This document shows positions 13,770 to 28,440 of a stretch of DNA of 64,000 bases, piece by piece (the first letter of the stretch is position 1; each line of letters begins with the position of its first letter). This stretch comes from Octopus bimaculoides (Eukaryota), in assembly GCF_001194135.2 (NCBI RefSeq), contig NC_069001.1:27208599-27272598 (forward strand), in the 5' to 3' direction. The position numbers and the translations under genes are program-made. The notes under the pieces were generated by a model. The model was given only the letters and a program-made list of their open reading frames with translations. It did no database searches and was not told where the DNA came from.

Positions 13770-14360
13770 AGAACAAATTTAATTTTAATGTGACCTCATC
13801 ACTCCACATAATCTTTGTTGGAAAGTGTGCATCTTCTACACATCGTGCTGAGTACTACTCGAAATACTATAGTCTTCGGTTTGGATCATCGTCATTAATA
13901 GTATGGACTAATCTTGAAATGTAAGTTTTCCCTTGACATTGCTTCAAAATGCGTTGGGTAGACGATTTTGAAATACCTATCTCATGACTCGCATGCTACA
14001 CAGATTTTCTTGGATTTTGGTGGTACGTTTACAGCACTCCTTCTTGCTTTGTGGGGTTTGTCGGTTCGTGGTCTTCCGGAACGCTTCTTGTAGACATTCT
14101 GAACAGTTCCATCGGCTCTAAACTTATCTCTAATTCGAGTGATGGTAAGTCACTTTGGTGGATCTGTTTGGAACTCGCTCCTAAACTGTTTTTGCACATC
14201 AGCTGCGTTTTTACACTTCCAATAGCATTGTAGAATGAATTTTCTTTCTTCAAAGCCCAGTCTGCCATCATTAATTCCAAAGGGTTTAATATGGAAAGAA
14301 AAATGCATCAATTGAGTTATCAGCTGCTAAAGGGTGTATACATTTTTTTGGAACACCCTA
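13770..14360 (-). mobile_element. Decayed IS630/Tc1/mariner element: left TIR plus N-terminal half of the transposase
   Basis: Begins TA(T/C)AGGGTGTTCCAAAAAAATGTATACAC. With frameshifts it reads YWKCKNAADVQKQFRSEF..LTITRIRDKFRADGTV..KRSGRPRT, then [34 protein letters not shown] (first catalytic D motif). Confidence 0.85.
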
Positions 14361-15239
14361 TATGTATATATGTGTGAGGGGGCTAAGTTTAGTCCAGCGG
14401 GTGAGGCTGTATATTTCAATTATCTAACTTTCAAGAGATGAAAATAAAACGCTAAACTGCAGAATATTAAAATGCGAGCTACATTGTAACCAGCAGAATA
14501 AACAGGAATGGTAAAATTTATCTTGTTTTCACTTGATGGGTGAAGGTATCTTAAAAACCAAAATAAATATTTCAATAATACATAGAATTGCGTTTCAAGG
14601 AAGTGTTTAGTAAACCTGAACGCGGTTACCTTCACAGGGTGGCACCGTAGAAACTAAATAATCTTCTATGTAAAATATTAGATAACGACGTTTCTCATGA
14701 ATGTATGAATGCATGAAATGCTATTATTCATGATAACTGCAACAGAAGAGTAGTTGAGAATTGTATTCAGACATCAGCTGCCACTGCTTTGAAATCCATT
14801 TTTCGTATCAATAACAATAATACTATGTGAAACGCTTCTGGTATTACATAGGTGAGTTTCAATTGGTTAGTTGCACATACGCATATATATATATATATAT
14901 ATATATAGGATTTAACAATAGAAATTTTCGAATATGAGAAAATATGTATTCAAGACATATATTGGAAAATTGTTATATACGTTGATGGATTATCTAATGA
15001 TGTCATGATGTAATGTTCTAATGTTGTAATGCATTGATGCATGCTAGTTGCATGTTTGATTCATGTTTGAATCATCCACATCATTATTACAAAACTAGGA
15101 ATATGATTATTAAGTTACTGCTATTGATACTGACGATTATAAACATGCATATGAGATAATGATGACGAGAATAATATAAACATAATGCTCATACTATTCT
15201 CAACATTATTATCTCATAAACTTATAATAATAATAATAA

Positions 15240-15620
15240 TGGTTTCAAATTTTGGCATAAGGTCAGAAATTTCGAAATAGGGGTTAAGTCGATTACATCG
15301 AACTCAGTGTTGAACTGGTACTTATATTATCGACCATGAAGGAATGAAAGGCAAAGTCGACATCAGCGGAATTTGAACTCTGAACGTAGCGGCATGATAA
15401 AAACTGCTAAGCAGTTCGTCAATCGTGCTAAGGTTTCTGCGAGATCACCAATATTAATAATAATGGTTTCAAATTTTGGCACAAGATAAACAGCTCTAGG
15501 TAAGGAGGAAAGCCGATTATATTGACCTCACTAAATTACAAATACACTTCATTTATCGACCTGTATGGATGAAAGAGAACGTTGACATAGGCGTGGATTG
15601 AACTTTGAAAGGAAAGTGTC
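15240..15620 (-). mobile_element. Two adjacent SINE family A copies (15240-15449 and a partial copy at 15463-15620)
   Basis: Both begin tggtttcaaattttggca and carry the family A core. Confidence 0.8.
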
Positions 15621-15978
15621 GAAACAACACAGAAAAACACATTTTAAAACAGACACACACAAACACACACACACTCACACACATACACATACACGCACGC
15701 ATTCACACTTTCACATATGATTTGTGTCCAATGGGTTGCTGTCTGCCGCATTTACTCACCTGGAATTAGTACGGAAAAATAATTTATGTTCTGGAAATGA
15801 AATATATTCAAATGTCATGCACTATAAAGACAAATTTACAGCTATGTGCTATTATGGTGCCTGCGTGCAAGCGGTGAACGCACAAGTTTTGCATCATTTG
15901 ATATTTGTGCTAAAAGCAACCAGAAGAGGTTCACTTCACATATAGATATAATAATTCTTTTCTAAAAAGCTACAGTGC

Positions 15979-16015
<37 letters not shown>

Positions 16016-16082
16016 GGGCTCCATGTTACCTATTACGAGTAGCACGCAAGACTGCTTCATTAACCATCTAATTTCCTATCTA

Positions 16083-16113
<31 letters not shown>

Positions 16114-17439
16114 TGTATATGTATATCAAGGGGTTATAAATGTATACAACGCTGATAGTACTATTTCTCTGGATACTTCTAGAACAATTACAGAAAAAGA
16201 AAAGATATGTCCTAATGGTTGAAACGAGTAAAAGATTAAAGTAAGACAATTCCCTCTGCCCTTGAGTCTCTTGAGCTAGGTTAGAAACCGGTTCTTTCTC
16301 TATTAGCAAGGAATCTTGAAATAAACTGAATAATGACATACATACAGAGAGAGATATATATATATGGAGTCTAGTGTTTGATAAAAAGATAAATAACTCC
16401 ATATATAGAGCGATAGATAGATAGATAAATTTACACAATCAAACGCTGACATGTGAATACATGTACGTATAAAACATGCTGTTAAATAGGACTTCATTTC
16501 TGCTAACACGATAACAGATTCCAAACGTAAATCTTTCGCTCAATCCCATTCATTACGTTCTAAAGCAGAAATCCTGAAACCGTCTCGAAATACAATCTTG
16601 AGAGTCTCTACAATTTGATTTTACTTCAATGTCAGACGATTTGGATGGATAGACTTCAATGGGCAAAGAAATACATGATTTATAGATATAACATAAATAT
16701 TTAATGAAACTCTTTTCATAAAGCCCATCATAAAACATATTTAAAACCAATGTAATAGCGTTTCATACTCATTTCAATGTTTTATTTTTTTTCGTTAGTT
16801 ACGTTTCTTAAAACATAATTTCCATTGTTGATACTTATATTCAGTTTGATTTTCATTAAATGTTATTTTTACTATATCTACCTTCATATATATATATATA
16901 TATATATANNNNNNNNNNGTAATAAAATACAATATTTCTCTGTTTTCTATCATTATTTTTTTTTCCTAAATACAAAATATATATGTTGAGTTTATTTTAT
17001 CATATTAGTAACACATATTTATACACCATACACATACATGCACATATATGCATATATATACACACACACGTATGTAAACATATATTAATATATTGTATAA
17101 ACTTTATTGCATGTTTTATGATATTTTATTATACCGTACGTATTTTATTAGGTGTTTTGTTGCATTTTATATATTATATTTCTTTTATCGATTATATTAC
17201 GGTTAGTTATTATCCATTATATTCATTTCATTTCTACTTCGCGACAATGTATGGATGTATGTAAATTGTACATGTCTATATACGAGCGTAGAGCATTTGT
17301 GAAGTTGTGTAAGCATTTGTATATGCTTATACACACATAGATGTGTACTGTCAAGTGGATGCATAATTGAACCGTCTGCATACAAAGTTGTAAGTTGATT
17401 ATAAACACATACAAACACACATATAAGTATGCATATACA

Positions 17440-17445
<6 letters not shown>

Positions 17446-17514
<69 letters not shown>
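17446..17514. repeat. Long (TA)n microsatellite
   Basis: Directly visible. Many similar (TA)n and (TG)n tracts flank most N gaps. Confidence 0.95.
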
Positions 17515-17517
<3 letters not shown>

Positions 17518-17673
17518 TAGATAGATATACATACATATATATGTTCAAACCCACACACACTTATACACTGGTGCACCAGCATGACCGCAGCCACTTGGCT
17601 GAAACACATAAATAAATAAATAAATACAGATATATATATATAGATATACATATATATTCAAACCCACATATGC

Positions 17674-17736
<63 letters not shown>

Positions 17737-18322
17737 GAGGGTGAGTGAGAGAGTGGAAAGAGAGAGAGAAAAAGAGTGTCAGATGGAGAGAGAGACACAG
17801 ACAAAAATATACTAGATATACAGATAATTTGTGTATGTATGCTTGTCTATGTATGTGTATGTAACGGTTTCTGATTTAAGCCTAAGGCCAGGAGTTCCAT
17901 GGCTTGTGAGGGGAGAACCTAATACGTGGCTCGTACTTTCAGTCATCGATCTCCTCACAATGAAAGGCAAAAGTGTACTTGCGAGTATTTTATCTCAGAA
18001 TGTAAACATTTGAGAAAAATACCGAAAACCATTTTGCCCATCGCTCTTTGGATTCCGTCAGCTCAGCAATATACCTACCTTAGCCACCTACACTGTTCTC
18101 TGCAAAATAAGAGTAGTTTATCCTGTTCAGGCTATATTATTAGCATTATTCTACGATTGAGAATTTAAAAAGATCACTTCTTTAACTTTCTAAAGACATC
18201 TCAACGCTCCTGAAATCAAACTTCGTTTGTTTATTTACGTTTGTCGTAATTTGAATTTAACATATGAGAGTGTCTCATAAAGCGAGATCTATATATCTTA
18301 ATTTGCAGAGGAATTTGTAGTG

Positions 18323-18396
18323 GGTAGTTTAGCTTAGTCGGTCAAAGCATCGTGACATGTAATCACGGGGATGTGAGTTCGGGTCCACAGCTAGCC
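18323..18396 (+). pseudogene. tRNA-Thr(UGU)-like sequence, probably a pseudogene or SINE head
   Basis: D stem GCTT/AAGC and anticodon stem CGTGA/TCACG around the loop CATGTAA (TGT anticodon, U33 changed to A). T arm is GTGAG-TTCGGGT-CCAC with one base missing. Acceptor stem is imperfect. TTTT lies about 8 nt downstream. Confidence 0.6.
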
Positions 18397-19336
18397 ACCT
18401 ACACTTTTCTCTGCAAAATAGGGGTAGTTTATCCTGTTCAGGCTATATTATTAGCATTATTCTGCGATTGAGAATTTTAAAAAATCACTTCTTTAACATA
18501 CCTATGTATAAATATATACATGTGAGTGAGTGTGTGTGCGTGTGTTTGTGTTTGTCTCCCATACCGTTTGACAAACGTTTCTGTGTGTCTATATACCTCT
18601 AACTTAGCTGTTGGACTTAAGAAAATGATAGAAAATGTACAAGGCTTATAAAAATTAAGTTCCGGGGTCGAATCATTCCTCAAGGCAGTGCTCCAGCATG
18701 GCCCCAGTCTTATAAACTGAAACGAGTAAGAGATAAGAACTAAAAGGTAATATTTACATCTTCTCTAACCTTATTTCATACGTCTATGAAGTGTGGTTAA
18801 TATGATGTCAAATGGTGTAAGATATTTGCGTTCATACCATCAGTTCTGAGGTCTCATTTCTGCCGAAAATCCTAACCGGAAGGCAAAGATGCATTATTGT
18901 ATAGTAATGCCCTTATATAAATTAAATTAGATAGATAGATAGAGCGATGAAGTAACTTTAAAGTGTAAGTCACTAATTTATCAGACAGTTGTATATTTAT
19001 GGAAAGCCAGTAAATAAAATGAACTAGCGTCATAAATGATGCAGATGCCATTTGACTATTTTCTTTGTCTTTTCTTGTGCAAACACAAACTGACTTTCAG
19101 AAACATATTTGTATATACATATACGTTTGGTGGTACAAGCAGGATAAATAGATGCTATTACGCAAAAAAGTAGCCTATGCATATTTTATGATTCAGGTGT
19201 AAACATACAATGACAGAATAATAAAAATAATAATAATAATAGCAAAAGTATTAGTAGTAGTAGTAGTAGTAGTAGTAGTAATTTGGTTCTACGGTCACTT
19301 AAATGTTTGTGTACAATATATATATGTGTGTGTGTG

Positions 19337-19408
<72 letters not shown>

Positions 19409-21620
19409 CATATATGTATGTTCATATATACATGTATGTATGTTTATATATACATTTATACATATGCACATATATATACATCCTGTATACTTGTGTATAT
19501 GTATGCACATATATACGTATGTTTGTGTATATATATATATATAGTATATACTATATATATGTATATACTATATATATATATATATATGTATATACTATAT
19601 ATATATATATATAGTATATACTATATATATACTATATAATATATATGTATATATATATATATACTGACATATCTATATAAATGTATATTCATAAATACTT
19701 ATATATATAGTGTGCGTTTGATTTTGTATGTACGTATGTGTTTGTAAGCAGTTCGCAAGTGAGAAATTACCAAGAGAATTGAATATGTTGTTGGATATGA
19801 AAGATTGGTATTAAGATATTCCGTTAAAAATCAATATATTTATCATATCTTCAGGTTTATCCATGGCAGTTTTTGAAATTCAATTTCTTGTCGCTACTTA
19901 ATATTCTCTAACCGATTCGAGAATATATTACCATTCATAATACACATTAACGGACACAGAAACTGAAGAAATAAAATTATGACGTATATTACCCAAGGAT
20001 TTTTTATTGTTATTTTTCTCAGCTATCACTACGTTCTACATTTGTGGATGCAGGAATGGCGAGTGGAAGTCTGTGTGCGTGTGGGGGAGAGAGAGAGACT
20101 GAGAGAGAGAAGGATAGAGATACATGAATATTCGCAGGAAAAAAATACACTCATATATAAATATAACATATTCATATAATTCACTAAGTGGAACACACGA
20201 CAAACCTTTCACTATATCATGTCTATCTTTGTTCAAATTTATTTCCGTAAGCAGAAAAGAAATACAAGTCACTAACTTATTCAAAATGTACCTAGAAAAT
20301 CCCACCAAGCATTCGTAGAAAAGCTGCCTTCACAAGATGTCTGCTTCACAGAATATTATTTCTCTTGCATGAATGAAGATGTGAATTGGTAAAATAGCTA
20401 TAGCAAGCTTCGCCGTTAAAAAAAAAAATTGTTGGTATATTGCAGAATTCTGGGCAAGACTCCTGTACTAAAGCACTGATCCGACTTACACATTGTGGGT
20501 GAATTTAGTTAACTGAAACTTTCCATAAATTCGTCTCGCACGCGCCTGTGTGTTTGTGAGTGTGTGAATGTACGTATGCATACATGTTTGCTTTCGAGTC
20601 TGGTCTCCCACCGCTTGGAAACAGGTCTTAATTTGTTAGCGACTCCATAATTTAACTGTTCGGCTAAAGAAACTTGCAGACAGTGAACAGCTCTTAAAAT
20701 GAGTATTGGGTTCGATTCGTTTCGCTGACCTTACAAGATGGTACTTCAGTGTAGAGGCGGTCCAGCGTAGTAGAGGCACAAAACAGGACACACGCACTAA
20801 TATACCTCCATCAATACACACTAAACTAGAATTTTTATCCTCACTATAGAGATTCATATGTTTACCTATGATATAAATGCACAGGTCTATACAGCAGTAT
20901 ATTTAAGCAAGAGCCTGTATATGATGGCATTTTCTGAATACGGATGATATTAACTGACTCTCATTAACCAAATTCAGTCTGTTAGTTACAAATATGGAAA
21001 ACCTTTCTAAAATTATCCAACTGAGATTGCTAAAAGATTATATAACTGATTTTGACTTTATTCTGACAGGATACACAGACATGATATTAAATATTTAAAT
21101 ATTCTCAATGAAACATTTTTGCTGAAGATTTATTCAATGTGTTTGCCGCAAGCGTCCACGTTTCTGTGTCTCTGAAGATTCCAAACAGTCGAAGCGAGTG
21201 CTCTATCAAATATAAGACGCGTATTTCTATTATGTAGCCGGAAAAAAGAGCAAAGTACATATAACTTTCTGGACCTCTAAGAATAATGCAAGGGAGGGGA
21301 TCTTTTCTCAACCCAGAGACCTCGTTAAAAGGTTTACAACAGAATAATTTCTGCTAAAGTACCCATTAACCAGATGCTTGCATTTCAACGGGTGACAATT
21401 AAATTCAACGGTAATTAAAGGCAAGTGTTGGATTCGAAGGGGAAAATTAAAAAAAAACAGACAAATATGCTTGTCCGATGCTTTGATCAGTCCAGTATCT
21501 TAGGCAGGTTATTTATCGACTGTGGAATTATGTAAGCAATGTAGATCCTAGTAGGAATTGAACTTGGAGCGTAAGAAACTGGAATGATTATCTTCAGGTA
21601 TTTCGTCCGACGCTACAATG

Positions 21621-21857
21621 TTTCTTATTTCTTTATTGCCCACAAGGAGCTAAACATAGAGGGGACAAACAAAGACAGACAAAGGGATTAAGTCGATTAC
21701 ATCGACCCCAGTGCGTCACTGGTACTTAATTTATCGACCCCGAAAGGATGAAAAGCAAAGTCGACCTCGGCGGAATTTGAACTCAGAACGTAACGGCAGA
21801 CGAAACACCGCTAAGTATTTCGCCCGGTGTGCTAACGTTTCTGCCAGATCACCGCCT
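21621..21857 (-). mobile_element. SINE family A, young subfamily with a tail containing tttgtcccctctatgtttag, next to or inside an older family A copy
   Basis: Near-consensus core and closely similar to 46028-46269. Confidence 0.9.
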
Positions 21858-22940
21858 TCGACGATTCAAAATTTCTAACAGTTCGGTAGCTTTATGACAA
21901 AGAAATTATGTTCACAAAGTTTTATGAGACATGAATAAATATATTATTTGTCAATGCTAAATTATTCCTATTTGAATTACGTTGCATCCTATTATCTTAG
22001 CTTGCATTTTTCGTGTATTCATACTAACGACAATAGAAATCTATACAAGGCGTGATAATTCAATATGTAGACATATCATGACCGAGTTGCTTAGAAGTTA
22101 TTTTCACACTCACAGAGACCCGTGTTCTATGCAATTTCCCGGCACCAACATTTTTCTTTTTTTATCATAATTCCACGTCGACTTACGGCTACAAAATTGG
22201 TTGTATGGAATCTGTGTAGAACCCAATCGGGTAGATTGTAACCCTAATTAAAATTTCTATACTTTTCACACATTGTACCGCGCTGATACTGCTTGAGGTT
22301 TAATAGAAGTCTATATTGACTTGGAATATTCAACCTATTATTGGCTGAAGCAATGAATAAGGCATTGAGTCAATGAAGTTAATAAATACACATCCTAGAA
22401 ACAAACAAGGATGCATTTACCTTTTATATTACATGTCCCCTCCACATATAAATTGGGAAAACGTGATTTAGTGAAATGTTATTACAATTTATCACAGTTC
22501 GAGAGATCTCATGAAGGATCGAGTGTCGTATGCATGCTATAACTTTCAGGAATTTGTACATAGGTATGATTAGTGAAACTAATTTTGGAAGATTGTGGTT
22601 ATAGGAGACAAAACAAGAAAGTGAAGTATCTGTAGGTTGTTTACTGTTATCATAAAATGTGGATTATATTATCAATAGGTTATCGTTTTTTACTTTTAAA
22701 TAAATTCTGCAGAGAAATTCCGGCTGCAAACTTTCGCGATGTTGAGAGAAGATGAGTTTTCATGTTATGCAATACTGATATTTGGTTCCATCTCCAAGAT
22801 AAAAAAAAAAAATTATTGCGACATCTAAATAAACAAATGTAAGCGCAATACTGTCCGCGATTTCCCCCCCTTGATAAATTATTTGAATTTTCAATAATCT
22901 TTCAAATATAACTCCACACAATGGATGTTTACTACTCTTT

Positions 22941-23295
22941 ACTCTTTTACTTGTTTCAGTCATTTGACTGCGGCCATGCTGGAGCACCGCCTTTTGTCGA
23001 ACAAATCGACCCCAGGACTTATTTTTTTAAGCCTAGTACTTATTCTATCGGTCTCTTTTGCCGAACCGCTAAGTTACGGGGACGTAAACACACCAGCATC
23101 AGTTGTCAAGCGATGGTGTGGGGACAAACACAGACACACAAACACACATACATATATACAACGGGCTTCTTTCAGTTTCCGTCTACCAAATCGACTCACA
23201 AGACTTTGGTCGGCCTGAGGCTATAGTAGAAGACACTTGCCCAAGGTGCCACGCAGTGGGACTGAACCCAGAACCATGTAGTTGGTAAGCAAGCT
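22941..23295 (-). mobile_element. tRNA-derived SINE family B (central CA/TA microsatellite), slightly 5'-truncated
   Basis: Highly similar to 39835-40247 and the reverse complement of 28441-28731 and 46847-47450. Confidence 0.9.
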
Positions 23296-24920
23296 AAATT
23301 TAGTGATAAGAATAGGTTTTATACTCGTGTCAGTTCTGCCCTCTCTATGTTTCTTGCTATCCATCACTCTTTCTCTTTTTCTGTCTTTCTTACTCTGCGT
23401 ATCTCTTTGACAGAAACTTACGGATATCAGTCACATAGGTGGCTGGACTTCGTTACGTCTGAATGTCCTTTATCTCACTTTATGTTTCGACGCTATTCCT
23501 TGCAGCTTCAGCAGGTAAATCAAACATATGGGTGCATGGTGTAATCCTTCTTTCACCAAATTACCCGAAATTCACCAACAGGAGCCGGTGTAATCCGCAC
23601 TGCAGACCATTGAACGAGTTGCTAATTTTGCTTTGTTATTGGTAGTCTATATTTCATTTTTGTATAATCATTATAACATCCAGTAGCATGGATTGTTACA
23701 TAAGGCACGAAATACCTATGTCCACTTTGACAACACGTAATCATTCACATTATCACCAGATCGATAACTGAGGTAGAGTCGCTCATTTCCTTATTTTCAC
23801 TGAATACAGAATTCCTCGATAGAACCTTATGAAGAATCAAATGCATGTAGCAGGTATCGTAGGTGGAATTCAATTTAAAACTTCAGTGAATAAAGCAATG
23901 CTTTATTAGGGAATTGCAGCTGTACACGAGTATTACTTTTTGCATTAGAACATACAACGATATCAGAGAGCTACCTGTGAAGTATTTTATCCTTTATCTG
24001 TGGCACTTTTATTAGAAAGATGCAGCCTACAGCAGCATTAAAGTGCTCCTATGAAGTCTGCAGGACTTGTTCTGTAGTACATTTATATAACTATCTCATC
24101 GAAACAGTTTGAGAGACACTAGGAATCTGTCTGTAGAGGAAACAATATAAAGACCGGTGATATGATATAAAACGCTACACTCTTGTTTCGCATTACCCAG
24201 AAAAGTGAAATGAAAGAATTACTAGATTTCCTCCTTTCTTTGTCTATATAACTTATTAACATAAAGCGATATGAAATATATCAAAACACGGAATTTAATA
24301 TAGTTCTTGAATTTCACCTCGATCGAAACTTGCTTCAGCGAAAATACAACATATTGTTACAAGAGAGGCAGTATTTGATCATAGTTATGAAACACACTTC
24401 AATTTATTTGCTTTTAGAACTTTGCTACTCTGCTACAAATAAGTTAATATGTCCTTTTAAGATAATAAACGCCGCATTCAATATTATAAACAAACAAACA
24501 AATTACACCGTCCTAACATGCGATGTATAGTTTATAGATAAACAAGAAATGCTAAACAATTCATGATTTAAAGAATATTGGAACTGGAGATATCCGTGCA
24601 TTTGTCTAGGAAAACTGAACTGAAATCATTCCTACTAAGGTATTATAATACTTTCTCCTATACTTAAACATCGTTTATCATGACACGTTTGCGTATGTAT
24701 TCATTTTTCTTTGTGCTTAGGGTTCCCGTTTGTATAAGGAGTACAAAGGTTCAGTATCTAATATTGCAATATTTGTTTATAACTTCCAAAAGTTTCTTAG
24801 TATCAGACTGTTTCAACCAGATATCGATGATGATTCTGAATTCCTAGTTAACTGAAAGTTATCCTTAGCTTAACTAATTCCCTGTAACATGCAAATTTAT
24901 AAATAAGCTTTCAGTTAAAC

Positions 24921-25120
24921 TGGTGAGCTGGCATAATCGTTAGTACGGCACATAAAATGCTTAACGGCATTTCTTTTATCTCTACGATCAAATTCTTCCG
25001 AGGTCGACTTTGCTTTCTTCCTTTAAGATCGATTAATTGACAGTCGAGCACTGGGATAGCAGAAGTCGACTAGCTCCCTCGCTCGAAATTTCAAGCTTTA
25101 TTCCTATAATAGGAAGGGTT
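24921..25120 (+). mobile_element. SINE family A, diverged
   Basis: ggtgagctggcataatcgttag head and ccgaggtcgactttgc core. Confidence 0.75.
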
Positions 25121-27920
25121 ATTAAACTTACAGTTACTCTAAAGTGTATTCTTGCGAAGAATACTTTTCTTGTACATAATCGTGTCTAGGGAGATAGTCA
25201 GACATCGGACAAGAGGCATTTACCATATTTAATACTGTCTTTCGATATTCTGGAAACATAGACAAAATAGCTCCCACCTCTACATTCTTGAACATTTAAA
25301 ATAAATACCAGTAAGTTGTTTGGGTTGATTTTAGTGAATCTATTTATACAGGAAGTTTTCAATTTCGAAAAGAAATTAATATTGAAAACAATAAACCGAT
25401 ATTAATAAAATTATGACCTTGTATATGTATTCATAGCTAGTGGATACTTGAATAATCGTTTCAACAAGAAACCATACACACTTTATACGCTAAGCATTAT
25501 AGAATATGTATGAAGATCAAATATGCATACACATATACATATAGTTATTAAAATATTATAATAAATATACGCCTGTGTACTTCTGTGTGTATTTACTAGA
25601 CGCCGGTATTCATAGAAAACACTGTTCTAGGAACCTAATTATACTGAGAATGATGTAAATTTTCGCTATATTTTATGTGTTCTCAATGAATATATTCTGA
25701 AGTTTTATATTCGGCAACTTATTGTAATTCCTACCAAATGAAATAAAGAATACACGATTGATATTAACATGCGACAAGAAACAATAACAATGGTGAATAT
25801 AATATAATTCTGAAAAGTAATATCAGCATTTTGTAATATGTACCCCATTCCTGGCAACTTGTACAGCCGATTGGTAAGGAAGACTAACATTCCGTCAGGA
25901 GATTGGTAGTTCTTATAATTTCACTTTCTCTATCTAGGGTATTTGGATGTGATATTCAATTCAAATCTATATTATTCTACCGATTATATGTTAGCTAACA
26001 TCTTCCTTGCAATATATGTCAGTAAAAGGAAAATCTCATTGTAAAATGACGAATGGTTCGATATTATATTATTAAATCCCATTTGAATAAGTGACTCAAA
26101 ATGCTACATCTTCAGAGGTTAGTATAATTAAAAGTGACTATCAATGACCCCAAAAATGTATAACATCCTTACGCACATACACACACAAACAAACACACAC
26201 ACACACACACATGAATTGCGTCATGAATTGTGTGCCGTATATATTCTGCTCCGTTGGACGGGACGCCGGTTGCAGAATTTCTCACATTTGCCAACTCAGT
26301 GAAATGGAGCAACGTGAAATATTAGGTTGTCAATAAAGTTTTTGCGGTTTTTAACCTTTAAATTCAGATGCAGATATCTCGGCTCAAACAAAACTTTATT
26401 AATCGAAATAAACACCATCAGAATGGTGTTACTGACAACCTAATACATTGTTTTTCTCAAGAACACAATGAATCATCTGGTGCAGGAATCGAAACTACGA
26501 CCTTACGATCTCAGTATTTCTATAAGATTTGTTTATTCTTCGGATTATATTTGTAGGAGTTTTAAAAACGGCATAAAATTTAAAACCAAGAAAATGTTTA
26601 CTATAAATGCTATAGTACCAAAGAAATATCTCGCATACATTAGTTAAGGATGCCTCGTTATCTTAAAGGTAATTACTATTCCAAATATAGAAATGTATCG
26701 TAATGACGGGAAAATATATCTAAAGAGATAGAGTCGGATCAAAACCAGATGCTCTTTCTGGCAAATGGCTACATTAAAAAAAATCGATCATGTCGCTTTG
26801 CTCAGGTGTGTAGGATGTGTTTTCTATGTCGAAAATTGAACTCAGGTCTGCCGTGTTACGTCTATAATACTCACTACTGTTATACTTAGAAACACTTTGT
26901 GATGAATATGCTTTTCTTTGCTAAAAGCCTTCTTCCATTAGCTTTAAGTATTTTCTGTAGTTCTGTATATATTTTCTTAATTCTAAGCTGTCAGAAAAAC
27001 CAAATTCGTATTTTAGGAATACAAGCAAGACGAGGCTTATGGGATCTGTCAGAAATCTGAAGCAAGACCAAAGTACATTTATTTAATATTTTATCTTCGA
27101 TAAACTCAATATAGTGACTTGGATTTATTACATACGATTACAGATGTAGACAAAATTTCTTGTTACCTCACTTTGTGACATTTTTAGCAAAATATATCCG
27201 GGTCTATGTTCTTAACTGTTTTACAATACAACCAATAATACATGATTTCTTATTGATATTTAACCACGTCATTTGTCATCGTTATATGAAAGAGGAAATT
27301 CCAGCTATGGCCATCCAGTTTTTTGCTTTTCTTTTTGTATAGATGGCTTCAGCTAATGTATCCTTTCATTAAAGATTTAGGGTGCGTTTATGTTATATTT
27401 GACTGTTTTTTGGAGTAGGTTGAGTCAGCCTCCCTTGTTTTAGCAGTATATGAACGTAAATACAGACTACGATGTTTTTAAGCTCATGTATAAATTCTAT
27501 TGCTTGTGGATGTTCCATAATTCTCAATGAAGAGCATTTATTATTTCTCGATCCACAGCATCCCTTACTCATAAACCTAGCGTAGAAACGAGTAAATATT
27601 GTATGAACACGTTTATCATTAAATAAAATCATTAGTCCAGATCGACGCAGTACATTGTGATATGGCTGTGCTTCTGGAGAGATGAACGGCATCAATATTA
27701 AAATGATACCTTATCAACCCCGGAAATTAATTGATAAACTGTGTTACGTTTATACGAGCTGATAAATGAGTTAAAGCCACACTAATCTGTAGATAATCCA
27801 GTTATTTACACGTTAATTCCAGAAACAAGGAATATCAAACAACTGCATACTCTTCGTCGAAACCGACGGAAACCGACATTAATTAATTTAATAGCCCACA
27901 TTACTTCACAATACTGATAA

Positions 27921-28100
27921 CCCTTTCTGTTATAGGCATAAGGTCTGAGATTTGGGGGAGGGGGGGGGCCTATCAATCATGTTGACCCCAGTACTCAACT
28001 GGTACTTGTTTTAGCGACCCGAAATGATAAAAAGCAAAGTCGACGTCGGTGCAATCTGAACTCAAAACATTTCGTCCGGCGGGCTAACGATTCTGCTACC
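27921..28100 (-). mobile_element. SINE family A, diverged
   Basis: gaccccagtactcaactggtactt...gcaaagtcgacgtcgg core. Confidence 0.75.
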
Positions 28101-28440
28101 TTTTCAGCAATGCTGGCAATGCTGGTAATGCGATCATCTCTCTATATCTCTCTCTATGCATCTGTAATCCAAATATCCAAGTTGTAACATTGAGTTGCGC
28201 TCTTCCACGACTTCTTTTAACGATAAAAGTGTGCAGACGTTTCTACATTTAAATTACAGATTCAATTTGATTGCAAATTCATAACTTATTCGGTATATCA
28301 TAGAAAATGAAAAGCTCGCCAACAACAAAATTTCAATATAAATTTACGATTCTGTGTTTCATTCTGCCGCGTAATTTGTCTCTCAAACTCATGACAAATC
28401 ATTGGACCATCCTGGGCTATAGCAGAAAATTCCTGCACAA

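Noticed and set aside
23463-23645. ORF containing RCNPHC, resembling the iGluR NPHPC motif
   Set aside because: The surrounding M1 and YEW residues are absent and there are no matching splice sites.
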